From Catalimonadaceae bacterium JC749 (GTDB taxonomy: Bacteria > Bacteroidota > Bacteroidia > Cytophagales > Cyclobacteriaceae): a DNA stretch of 64,000 bases. Made by a program: the position numbers and the translations under genes. Every line of letters begins with the position of its first letter. The first letter of the stretch is position 1. Positions 48,604 to 57,868 of the stretch are shown here, piece by piece. The notes under the pieces are model-generated. The model did no database searches. It had not been told where the DNA came from and saw only the letters and a program-made list of their open reading frames with translations. The stretch is from NCBI GenBank assembly GCA_021730635.1, contig JAJNNC010000007.1:25100-89099 (forward strand). The letters are read 5' to 3'.

Positions 48604-48963
48604 ATGAAAACACTACTTATTTTTGAAGATATAGCCAAGTGGGTGCTGGCTTATACGCTGAGCATGTACATAGGATATCCATGGTGGGTATTTCTGATCT
48701 GGTTGCTGGCTCCAGACATCAGCATGATAGGCTACCTCATAAATACCCGTACAGGTTCCTGGCTATACAATCTGTTCCACCATCAGGGTGTTGCCATTGT
48801 AGTGGGGCTGACAGGCCTGTCACTGTCAATGCCTGCTTTGCAGTTGGCGGGTCTGGTGCTTTTCGGGCATAGTGCGATGGACAGAGCCTTCGGCTATGGC
48901 CTGAAATATAGAGATCATTTCAAGCATACACACCTGGGATGGATAGGCAAAACCTTGTCCTGA
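48604..48963 (+). CDS. Small integral membrane protein (DUF4260-like)
   Basis: 119 aa with 3-4 TM segments and a histidine-rich loop. Confidence 0.4.
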   Translation: MKTLLIFEDIAKWVLAYTLSMYIGYPWWVFLIWLLAPDISMIGYLINTRTGSWLYNLFHHQGVAIVVGLTGLSLSMPALQLAGLVLFGHSAMDRAFGYGLKYRDHFKHTHLGWIGKTLS

Positions 48964-49129
48964 GCAATGCGCTGACAACCCCTGCCCGGTTTGAAACAGG
49001 CAGATTGATAATTTGTGGCATATCCAACAAAAACTCTGAAATCATAAGGATTTTTTATGGCTTGACACAGTATTCCGTCTGAAAAAAAAGGTCGAAAATG
49101 AATATCTTTCTGCCTTAGAAAGTTTATTA

Positions 49130-50008
49130 TTGATTGCCATGAACGACATTACAGTCAGACGCATGGGTCCGGAGGATGTGAAAGAAGCGATGGAGATTAA
49201 ATCGGAAGAGGGCTGGAACCAGACGGAGAACGATTGGAAATTTCTGATCAGGCATAACCCGCAAGCGTGTCTGGTAGCCGTAAGCGATCGTCAGATAGTG
49301 GGAACCGTCACAGCCATGCGTTACCATACGCAGTTGGCCTGGATCGGAATGATGCTGGTCAGAAAGGAGTACCGGGGGCAGGGTATCGGTCAGTTATTGA
49401 TGCGCCATATCCTCCAAAGACTGACCAACATGACAGCGGTTAAATTAGATGCAACACCTGCCGGCAGACAGGTATATGTCAAACTGGGTTTTCTGGATGA
49501 ATACCCTATTTCCCGCCTGACTGCCTCTTCTCTGTACCTTCCTACTACTTCACAGGATAAGCTTGCCGGCAAGCTAGTGGCTATTAACAGGCAAGCGCTA
49601 CCTGCCATCGCCCAGTATGATCAGGAAAGATTGGGTGTCGACAGATCCTTGCTATTATCCTATCTGCTGGCGCAGGCCCCAGGTACTTCGTATCAGCTTA
49701 TCATAGATAACAGACTATGTGGCTTTGTGATGCAGCGTGCCGGGAGCCGGTATACACAGGTCGGCCCTTTGGTGGCAGACTCTGAGGAGAATGCCAAAAT
49801 GCTGTTAGCCCGTATATTGGAAGATATCAACCGGCGATCCCATCCGGTAGTGCTGGATATTTTACAAGACAAAAAGACACTCATAGACTGGCTACGCTTA
49901 TGGGGCTTTTCGGAGCAGCGTTCCTTCATCAGAATGTATTATGGCGGCCATCCAAATCCCGGAAATATGAGCAGCATGTACCTGATCAGTGGCCCCGAAC
50001 TGGGATAA
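49130..50008 (+). CDS. GNAT-family N-acetyltransferase (two-domain)
   Basis: Acetyl-CoA binding motif QLAWIGMMLVRKEYRGQGIGQLLM. Confidence 0.7.
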   Translation: MIAMNDITVRRMGPEDVKEAMEIKSEEGWNQTENDWKFLIRHNPQACLVAVSDRQIVGTVTAMRYHTQLAWIGMMLVRKEYRGQGIGQLLMRHILQRLTNMTAVKLDATPAGRQVYVKLGFLDEYPISRLTASSLYLPTTSQDKLAGKLVAINRQALPAIAQYDQERLGVDRSLLLSYLLAQAPGTSYQLIIDNRLCGFVMQRAGSRYTQVGPLVADSEENAKMLLARILEDINRRSHPVVLDILQDKKTLIDWLRLWGFSEQRSFIRMYYGGHPNPGNMSSMYLISGPELG

Positions 50009-50245
50009 TATAAGTCTCGGCCTGTGTCGTGTCTGTTGCTTGTATAGGGGGCATTGACAAACACGTCATGGTGCTTTTATAAACAGATAAATTATGCTAA
50101 ATTCTCTCTTATTATAAAAAAGGTGAAATGCTTCGCTATCCCTATATTTTTACTGACCGGCTCGTGATTGCCCCCTACCCTTAACCGCCAAGGTATTCAC
50201 TCAATTTTTCTCACACTTCTACTACAGCGCAACAATACCCATACC

Positions 50246-51622
50246 ATGAAGACCATCATAGAGCCGTTCCGTATCAAGATGACGGAGCCTATTCACATGA
50301 TATCCCGGGCAGAACGTATTCAAAAGTTACAGGAAGCCCATCAGAATGTGTTTTTGCTGGATGCCGAATATTGCCCTATAGACCTGCTGACCGATAGCGG
50401 TACCGGAGCCATGTCAACACAACAATGGGCAGCCCTGATGCTGGGCGATGAAAGCTATGCGGGCAGCACCTCCTGGAAAAAATTTGAGGCAACAGTGAAA
50501 AGCATTACCGGGATCAAACATGTCTTTCCTACCCACCAGGGAAGAGCAGCGGAAAGCCTGCTGGCTCTTACCCGTGTAAAAGAGGGGGATGTGATTCCTA
50601 ACAACAGTCATTTTGATACGACGCGTGCCAATATGTTGTCTGTAGGGGCTACCCCGCTGGATTTGCTGACCCAGCGGGGACTGGACCCCGACGATGAAAG
50701 TCCTTTTAAGGGCAATATGGATATTGAGAAACTGAAACAGTGTATCAACACCTATGGTGCTTCCCGCATTCCATTTTGCATGATTACCGTTACTAACAAT
50801 ACTGGGGGCGGTCAGCCTGTCTCTATGCATAATATTAAAACGGTGAAGCAGCTACTGGAAGGCTATGGTATTCCGCTGGTGATGGATGCCTGCCGCTTTG
50901 CGGAGAATGCCTATTTTATTCATGAAAGGGAAAAAGGATACCGGGGTAAAACACTGCTGGCTATCGCTCAGGAGATGTTCAGCTACGTGGACGCAGCGAC
51001 CATGAGCCTTAAAAAAGATGGACTGTCTAACATCGGAGGCTTTTTTGTCTGCCATGACGATCTATGGGCAGAGGATTTTAAGAATGCTTTGATCCTGCGG
51101 GAGGGGTTCCCCACCTACGGTGGCCTGGCAGGCAGAGACCTGGAAGTTACGGCGGTAGGCCTGATGGAAGCCCTGGTGTATGAATACCAGGTATACCGGC
51201 ACGCTACTGTTGAATATCTGCTGAAAAAACTGGTCGCCAGAGGGATTCCTGTGATGAAACCGGGAGGCGGCCATGCCGTGTTTCTGGATGCTGCCCGCTT
51301 TATGGATCATATCCCTCCCTCACAGTATCCGGGTATCTCACTGGTGAACGCCCTATATGAAGAAGGAGGTATCCGTAGTGTAGAGTTAGGATCTGTCATG
51401 TTTGGCCACCGGGATGAGCATGGTGTAGAACACCCTTCTCCACTGGAACTGGTGCGGCTGGCATTTCCCAGAAGAGTCTATACCCAAAGCCATTTTGATT
51501 ACATGATTGAAGTCATCAAAGAGGTATGGCAAAAACGAAAAAGTTATGGCGGGTATACTATCGTAAAACAACCGCCCCTGCTCCGTCATTTTAGTTGCCA
51601 TTTCGAAAAGCTATCTTCTTAG
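50246..51622 (+). CDS. Tryptophanase / tyrosine phenol-lyase (beta-eliminating lyase family, PLP-dependent)
   Basis: From ATG 50246: MKTIIEPFRIKMTEPIHMISRAERIQKLQEAHQNVFLLDAEYCPIDLLTDSGTGAMS...HVFPTHQGRAAESLL matches the conserved TnaA/TPL N-terminus. Length ~458 aa. Confidence 0.85.
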   Translation: MKTIIEPFRIKMTEPIHMISRAERIQKLQEAHQNVFLLDAEYCPIDLLTDSGTGAMSTQQWAALMLGDESYAGSTSWKKFEATVKSITGIKHVFPTHQGRAAESLLALTRVKEGDVIPNNSHFDTTRANMLSVGATPLDLLTQRGLDPDDESPFKGNMDIEKLKQCINTYGASRIPFCMITVTNNTGGGQPVSMHNIKTVKQLLEGYGIPLVMDACRFAENAYFIHEREKGYRGKTLLAIAQEMFSYVDAATMSLKKDGLSNIGGFFVCHDDLWAEDFKNALILREGFPTYGGLAGRDLEVTAVGLMEALVYEYQVYRHATVEYLLKKLVARGIPVMKPGGGHAVFLDAARFMDHIPPSQYPGISLVNALYEEGGIRSVELGSVMFGHRDEHGVEHPSPLELVRLAFPRRVYTQSHFDYMIEVIKEVWQKRKSYGGYTIVKQPPLLRHFSCHFEKLSS

Positions 51623-51642
51623 TGTTACCCCTTATCCGGTTT

Positions 51643-53124
51643 TCAGAATAGGCGCCCTCTTTCCAAGTGAATGTTTAAGTCCGGACGGTTTTGCTGTAAG
51701 GCTGCCACAATCTCTTCGGAAACGGAGGTTTCATGCAGATAAAGTTCTTCCAGACCGGGCAGATGCAACACATGCAAAAGCTGTCCGTCGTTGATCTGTG
51801 TCTTGGAAAGATCCAGCAGTTGCAGATGAGGCAATCCGGATAAATGCACCAGTCCGGAGCCATCAATGGCTGTTTGTTGCAGATAAAGTTCACGGAGGGC
51901 TGGCATTTGCCCTATATGGTACAAAGCATCATCGGTAATATTGCTTCCGATGAAAGAAGCTTTGGAAATACGAGGAAAGAGGTGCTGGACTGAAAGCAGA
52001 TCCTCATCTTTGAAGGAGGTTGGCGGAAATGTCATGGAAAGGGTAAGCGTTTCCTCCTGCGCATCCATCTGCAATACATAAGGCTGACTGGTAGATACTG
52101 TCTGAATCAATTGTTCCAAGGCTTGCCTTTGCAGAAAGCGGGCGCGCTGGCGGGCTTGCAGTTGCGTCAGATAATTGTCTACCAACGGTTTCATATGGGG
52201 TTCAGCGGTAGCCTGTTGTACTTTCAGCTGAGGCTCCGCTCCTTTTTCTATCCACCAGCGGAGTAGCGTTATTTCCTCTTCATTGAGGGGTGTTTTGCCT
52301 TCCGGAGGCATATGGTCTTCATCTTCTACCGGAAGCATCACCCGGCGATAGAGCTCACTATCATCCACCGAACCGGGCATCAGGGTAGGGAGTTCACTTT
52401 TACCGCCTTTGAGCAGTCCTTCGTAGGAGGTCATCACCAGCCCACCTTTGGCCTTGTTAGGATTATGGCAGCTCATGCATTTCTGATCCAGAAAAGGCAC
52501 GATCATGTCTTCATAGACCAGCATTTCCTCTACCGGTTTAGGCTGCCACTCATCCGTTGTTTGTGTAAAGTCGGGAAGATATTCCGTCAGGTACTCACTA
52601 CCATGCGTCAGTGAACCGCCCTGGTGGCTGGTAAAAATCACCATCAGATTGGCTAGTATCAAAGCGCCCAGGTATAGCCCCTGAGAAACATGAGAGCCCG
52701 ACCGTAGAAAAGATAAAAAAAAGTACAGGGAAAGTGACAGGGCTGCGGTGAGTAAGGAGCCACCCCACAGGTGCTGCTGCATCGCATCTCCTACATATTC
52801 TCCGGTGTAATAGAGCATAAACCCAAAGCCCATGGCTATGACACTACTGATCCAGCCTATGCCCAGTAAAAAAGCAAGGGTAGTCTGGCTGACAGGCCAC
52901 AGACGCCACCGCCGTATGATCTCCAGTACCAGCGTCAGCAACACCAACACTACCGGAAAATGGATGATCAGAGGATGAAACCGCCCTATAAAATAGATGA
53001 TATCGGGTGCTGTTTCCTGGGTAGGGGATATCTGAGGTAATAGCAATACCAAAACAGCAACGCCTATCAAAAGAAACCGGTACTGCAATATCCTGCGCTT
53101 CAAAAAATTCAACACTCTCTGCAT
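51643..53124 (-). CDS. Membrane protein with c-type cytochrome (PSCyt1-like CxxCH) domain and C-terminal leucine-rich repeats
   Basis: N-terminal multi-TM region. DQKCMSCHNPNKAKGGLVMTSYEGLLKGG heme motif. LRR-like LRELYLQQTAIDGSGLVHLSGLPHLQLLDLSKTQINDGQLLHVLHLPGLEELYLHETSV. Confidence 0.6.
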   Translation of the reverse strand: MQRVLNFLKRRILQYRFLLIGVAVLVLLLPQISPTQETAPDIIYFIGRFHPLIIHFPVVLVLLTLVLEIIRRWRLWPVSQTTLAFLLGIGWISSVIAMGFGFMLYYTGEYVGDAMQQHLWGGSLLTAALSLSLYFFLSFLRSGSHVSQGLYLGALILANLMVIFTSHQGGSLTHGSEYLTEYLPDFTQTTDEWQPKPVEEMLVYEDMIVPFLDQKCMSCHNPNKAKGGLVMTSYEGLLKGGKSELPTLMPGSVDDSELYRRVMLPVEDEDHMPPEGKTPLNEEEITLLRWWIEKGAEPQLKVQQATAEPHMKPLVDNYLTQLQARQRARFLQRQALEQLIQTVSTSQPYVLQMDAQEETLTLSMTFPPTSFKDEDLLSVQHLFPRISKASFIGSNITDDALYHIGQMPALRELYLQQTAIDGSGLVHLSGLPHLQLLDLSKTQINDGQLLHVLHLPGLEELYLHETSVSEEIVAALQQNRPDLNIHLERGRLF

Positions 53125-53127
53125 TAA

Positions 53128-54513
53128 TCAAGCATAAATTTCACACAACTCACCATTGCTATCAGCAAAGCACTCCATAGGAATGTCCAGAATGCGGATA
53201 AGAGAAAGGTAGAAATTAGACAAGGGCGTATCCTGGGCAAACTGAAGATTCTGTCCTGTTTTCAGCGCACCACCGCCTTTACCTCCCAACAGAATGGGCA
53301 GATTATGGGGAGAGTGGCGATTCCCATCACGCAGGCCGGAGCCAAACATGATCATAGACTGATCCAGTAGATTGCCTTCCCCTTCCGGTATAGCTTTTAG
53401 CTTTTCTAAGAAATAAGCGTACTGTGATACATGCCACTGGTTGATAATCTTGTACTGCTCTAACTGACCCAGATCATTGCTGTGATGAGAGATCTGATGA
53501 TGGCTACCCTGTACCCCTTCCAGGAAAGAGAAGTTACGGTTGCTCACTGAGTTGCCAAACATAAAGGTACACACACGGGTGGCATCACTCCAGAAGGCCA
53601 GTGCCATAATGTCCAGCATCTGCCGGGTTTTTTCTGTAATGTCTATACCGATATGCAGCTCAGAGAATTCATCTATACGCATATTGAGGTGGGTCAGTTC
53701 TTTCTGTATTTCCGGCGTAATATGCTGCTCAAAAGCTTTCTTTTTCTCTTCGTTGTCGATCCTTTTTTCTATGGAGCGGATTGATTCCAGGTATTCTTCC
53801 AATTTGTCCTGGTCAGAGCGACCCAATTGCCGCTGTAAAACTTTGGCATCTTCCAACACAACATCCAATACGCTCTGCTTCCAGGGACTTTCCTGCCGCT
53901 GCGCGGCACCGGGCACATAATCCCTGAACAGACGGTCAAAAGCCAGGCGAGGGTCAATTTCTTTAGAACAAGGCTGAGAAGGAGATTTCCAGGAGATATT
54001 GGACCCGTACAAGCGGGTAAACCCTACGTTGGCATCAATGCCCGAGTTGATGCGTTCCAGTCCATACTCCAGAGAGGCATGCAGGGTTTCCTGTCCGCGG
54101 TGCTGGGCTATGATCTGATCCAGAGAAATGCCACCGCTGTCCAGATTGTCGCCGGTGGTCTTATAGATGGGTAAACAGGTGAGGAAATTAGCCGTTTTGG
54201 CATAATGTCCATCAGACCCGGGAAAGTTAGCACCCAGGTTTGTCAGTTCATTGAGAATCAAAACGTCCTTTTTGAAAGCACCCAGGGGTTGCAGAATGGG
54301 TGAAAGCTCAAAGTCTGTTCCGAATTGTGCCGGCGTCCAGAGGTCAGGGTGCACACCATTGGGCATAAAAAGGCAGGCAAAACGAACAGGCCTTTTAGAC
54401 AGGCTATAGGCGCTCAAACCCGGAGGCACCATGGCTTCCAGGAAAGGAAGGGCAATACAGGCTCCTAAGCCCTTTAGCATGCGCCGACGGGAAATATGCC
54501 ACTTTTTACTCAT
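53128..54513 (-). CDS. DUF1501 family protein (sulfatase-like fold) with Tat signal
   Basis: MSKKWHISRRRMLKGLGACIALPFLEAM. Typical DUF1501 length. Overlaps the upstream gene by 4 nt. Confidence 0.7.
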   Translation of the reverse strand: MSKKWHISRRRMLKGLGACIALPFLEAMVPPGLSAYSLSKRPVRFACLFMPNGVHPDLWTPAQFGTDFELSPILQPLGAFKKDVLILNELTNLGANFPGSDGHYAKTANFLTCLPIYKTTGDNLDSGGISLDQIIAQHRGQETLHASLEYGLERINSGIDANVGFTRLYGSNISWKSPSQPCSKEIDPRLAFDRLFRDYVPGAAQRQESPWKQSVLDVVLEDAKVLQRQLGRSDQDKLEEYLESIRSIEKRIDNEEKKKAFEQHITPEIQKELTHLNMRIDEFSELHIGIDITEKTRQMLDIMALAFWSDATRVCTFMFGNSVSNRNFSFLEGVQGSHHQISHHSNDLGQLEQYKIINQWHVSQYAYFLEKLKAIPEGEGNLLDQSMIMFGSGLRDGNRHSPHNLPILLGGKGGGALKTGQNLQFAQDTPLSNFYLSLIRILDIPMECFADSNGELCEIYA

Positions 54514-56453
54514 AGTTTTAGTTTTTGATCAAAATCATTTACTTTATAGCGAAAGGGGTAGCTGTTCACCAAAGCCAGGATGAGCTGTTCGGTATGAAAA
54601 TCATTCTCCAGCAAGGTCTTAACCATCCGTTGCATGGTAGGTTCGTCTACAAACTCCACAGACCGGCCAATAGCATAGGTAAATATCTTTTCGGACAGAA
54701 TGCGGGCAAAATTTTCTTCTTTGGTGAGCAGTATCTGTTTAAGTTCCACCGGCCCGTTAAACACTTCGCCGCTGGCCAGGGTATCCCAGGCAATGATAGG
54801 GTCTTCTCCATAAGCTTCGCGCCACCGGCCAATGGCATCATAGTTTTCCATCCCCAAACCGATAGGATCCATTTTCTGATGGCAGCTCATACAATCGGGG
54901 CTGGCTCTGTGCAGGGCTAATAAATCCCGCAATGGCGCGTTTTCTTTATCGGCCTGCTCTTCGGGCAATACACCGGCATCCGGTGGTGGTGGCGGCGGTG
55001 GTGTGCCCAATATTTCTTCCAGTACCCACTTGCCTCGTAAGACAGGGCTGGTACGCAGTGGCAGCGAAGTAGATACCAATACACTACCCATGCCCAACAC
55101 TCCACCCCTGGTACGGTCCTGCAGCGTCACTTTTCTCATCCGGTCGCCTATTACATCCGGAATACCATAGTGCCGGGCCAATTCTTCGTTCAGGAAGGTG
55201 TAGTCGCTATCAATCAGGTCAAGAAAATGATGGCTTTGGGTGAGCGTATAATGGAAATACTCTACCAGTTCCTGGTACATGGCCTGCCGCAGAGAAGGAG
55301 TAAACTCCGGAAAGCGCTCAGGATCTACCGGACTGTCTTCTTTCAGGCGGCTGACGCCAAACCACTGTGTGGCAAAACTTTCAGAAAAACGCTTGGCTCT
55401 AGGGTCTTGCAACATACGCCGGACTTCCCGGCTGAGTACCAGCGAATCGTGCAGGTTCTCCCGGTAGGCGGCCTCAAACAGGGCCTGATCAGGCAGGCTT
55501 GACCATAAGAAATAGGACAAGCGACTGGCCAGCTCAAAATTACTGAGCGGATAAGGATAATCTACCGGCTGCTCTTCTTCTATGCGGTACAAAAAATGAG
55601 GAGAGACCAGGATGGCCCGGAAGATTTCCAGTATGGCTGCATCAAAACGGTTTGCTGCGGTAGCACCCGCATATACCTTCCGGAAAAGCTGGCGGAAGGC
55701 TTCCTTTTCTGCTGGCTTCAGAAACCGGCGATAGGCCTTGCTGGCAAAAGGAAAGATGACCGCTTCCGCTTCTGTTACCGGTGTTTCATCTGCCGTTTCA
55801 TTAGAGAATACATGCGTAATCCAGGAGAGAAAACGCTGCCACCAGCTTGTCTGATAAGAATGAGGAACCAGCTTACGCCAGAGTTCCGGCTGTTCATAGA
55901 CCTGCTGCAGGATGATTTCAGCAGCATCGTAATAGCGCTCAAATTTAAGAGGGGTAACAAACAAGGTTTGGGCATAGTTATCAAAACCGGCCCCTCCGGA
56001 ACCATCCGAAGGAAAATAAGCGGCTGCATCAAAATCCACACCCAGCAGATCCAGCACCGTATAATGGTATTCCGTATGATTCAGTCTTCTGATCACCACA
56101 CGGCCGGGGTTATTTTCTTTCAGTGATTTGACCAGAATATCATTGATTCCTTTAACCAGTAGCTCTTTTTCTTCGGGAGACAGCGGAGGTTCCGAATCCG
56201 GAGGCATCTGCCCGGATTGCAACTGCTTCACCGCCTGCAGCCAGATATGACCGTCTTCCACCATATGGCCTTCGCTCTCATACCTTTCCAGGTTGATTCC
56301 TCCCGCCACTTTACCTACATTATGACAGCCGAAACAATGTTGATCCAGCACAGGACGTATGTCTTCTACAAAGTCCAGTGCAGGTTCCTGGGCATAAACA
56401 AGAGTAAAGAAGCAGGGAAGCAGCAGTGATAATAGTTTAAAAAGTTTTGCCAT
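54510..56453 (-). CDS. PSCyt1/PSCyt2(DUF1549)/PSD1(DUF1553) family protein
   Basis: Signal peptide. HCFGCHNVGKVAGGINLERY (Planctomycete-cytochrome-C-like) followed by regions typical of DUF1549/DUF1553. Classic partner of DUF1501. Confidence 0.7.
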   Translation of the reverse strand: MAKLFKLLSLLLPCFFTLVYAQEPALDFVEDIRPVLDQHCFGCHNVGKVAGGINLERYESEGHMVEDGHIWLQAVKQLQSGQMPPDSEPPLSPEEKELLVKGINDILVKSLKENNPGRVVIRRLNHTEYHYTVLDLLGVDFDAAAYFPSDGSGGAGFDNYAQTLFVTPLKFERYYDAAEIILQQVYEQPELWRKLVPHSYQTSWWQRFLSWITHVFSNETADETPVTEAEAVIFPFASKAYRRFLKPAEKEAFRQLFRKVYAGATAANRFDAAILEIFRAILVSPHFLYRIEEEQPVDYPYPLSNFELASRLSYFLWSSLPDQALFEAAYRENLHDSLVLSREVRRMLQDPRAKRFSESFATQWFGVSRLKEDSPVDPERFPEFTPSLRQAMYQELVEYFHYTLTQSHHFLDLIDSDYTFLNEELARHYGIPDVIGDRMRKVTLQDRTRGGVLGMGSVLVSTSLPLRTSPVLRGKWVLEEILGTPPPPPPPDAGVLPEEQADKENAPLRDLLALHRASPDCMSCHQKMDPIGLGMENYDAIGRWREAYGEDPIIAWDTLASGEVFNGPVELKQILLTKEENFARILSEKIFTYAIGRSVEFVDEPTMQRMVKTLLENDFHTEQLILALVNSYPFRYKVNDFDQKLKL

Positions 56454-56500
56454 ACCTTTTAAAACTAATAAACTAATAGTATATAATCAAACTAATTTTA

Positions 56501-57784
56501 TCAATCTGACACTACATTTATTGAATACACCTTATAAATATTTTTCTCAGGAAAAGTAAGGTTTCTTTTCAGGTGTCGGATAATATTATTTTTTAAGACT
56601 TCCGGAGAAAGCGTGGTGTCTTTGGGGAGTACGGAAGCCTGAAAGTTAACAGCAGTTTGGCTGTTAATTCGGGTGTTGGTAAAGCTTACATTTTTATTGA
56701 TTATCTCTATGTACTCAAGCTTTTTCAGTTCAGCATCCAACGCTTCCGTGAGTTCTGTATTCATGCTAGCCTTGCGTAGAAAGGGTGGTTGACTAAACTG
56801 CCAGAACATCATACCGCCAATGCTGAGGATCACGACAAGGCTGGTAACCCACAACGTTGCACTTTTACCCTGTAAAAATCTGATACCGTCAGGCGACACT
56901 TTTCCATAAAAATAAAATACCAGCGTAGCCGCCAGATGGATGCCGAGCAGTTGCAGGATAATTCTGAAAAGGCTGCTGAATACTACTTCCCAGTCCATCA
57001 GATAAAGACCTGCACCAATTAACCCCACAGGAGGCGCCAGGGAAGCCGCTACTAAAATACCAACAGCTGCTCCGGATACTAAACTGTCCCTTTCTGACTG
57101 ACATATATTGATTGCACCGGCAAATCCTGAGATCAAAGGCAAAAACAAAGCTACTTTGGAAACGTGGCTTACTTCTACCATGAGGGGCGTGAGGGTAGTC
57201 AAAGGAAAAATGACAGTCAGAAGAAAGCTGGCTATAATACCAATGCTAATGGCTAATCCATAACGTTTCAGGCTGCTTTTTAGCAAAGAAAATTTTCCGG
57301 CTGCCGTTGCCAGTGCCGCATTCATAGCAGGGCCAGCAAAAGGAGCGATAAGCATGGCCGCCACCAGCAGGTAAACAGTAGTGGTATAAAGGCCAACCCA
57401 TACGATCACGCCGGCAGCGAAGGCGTAGCCAATGAGCCCAAACAGAGAGCCCACACTTTGGATTCCGCCCAGATAAATTTCCAATGAACTTTTTGACTGC
57501 ACATCTTCCACCTGATCCGGTGCCTCCGATGGCGGAGGATACAAGGTGATGACCCCTCTGGGTATCAGGCTGATTTCCTTTTTTTCAATATCGTTGACAT
57601 CTCTCAGGAAATTGTCAACCGTACGATTGGGAAGGAAGATAATAAAAACATCATGTTCCTTGTTAGGTACTGTAATGGTATTTTTACCGTCATAAGCTTT
57701 TACGGTATTCAATATCTTTTCCTTGTTACCTGGAGGAACTTTTAAAATCAGTTGGCGCATAATAGTATCTTTGGGGATATCCAA
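56501..57784 (-). CDS. Multi-pass membrane protein, possibly DUF389 family
   Basis: Soluble N-terminal ~100 aa, then ~8 TM helices and a C-terminal soluble tail. Confidence 0.4.
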   Translation of the reverse strand: MDIPKDTIMRQLILKVPPGNKEKILNTVKAYDGKNTITVPNKEHDVFIIFLPNRTVDNFLRDVNDIEKKEISLIPRGVITLYPPPSEAPDQVEDVQSKSSLEIYLGGIQSVGSLFGLIGYAFAAGVIVWVGLYTTTVYLLVAAMLIAPFAGPAMNAALATAAGKFSLLKSSLKRYGLAISIGIIASFLLTVIFPLTTLTPLMVEVSHVSKVALFLPLISGFAGAINICQSERDSLVSGAAVGILVAASLAPPVGLIGAGLYLMDWEVVFSSLFRIILQLLGIHLAATLVFYFYGKVSPDGIRFLQGKSATLWVTSLVVILSIGGMMFWQFSQPPFLRKASMNTELTEALDAELKKLEYIEIINKNVSFTNTRINSQTAVNFQASVLPKDTTLSPEVLKNNIIRHLKRNLTFPEKNIYKVYSINVVSD

Positions 57785-57868
57785 AGAACACCCTGATATA
57801 AAAGATGTTTATTTGGTCTTTTATAGAAGAACCTTAGAAGAACATACAAAGATTAAGAAAAGAAAGCC

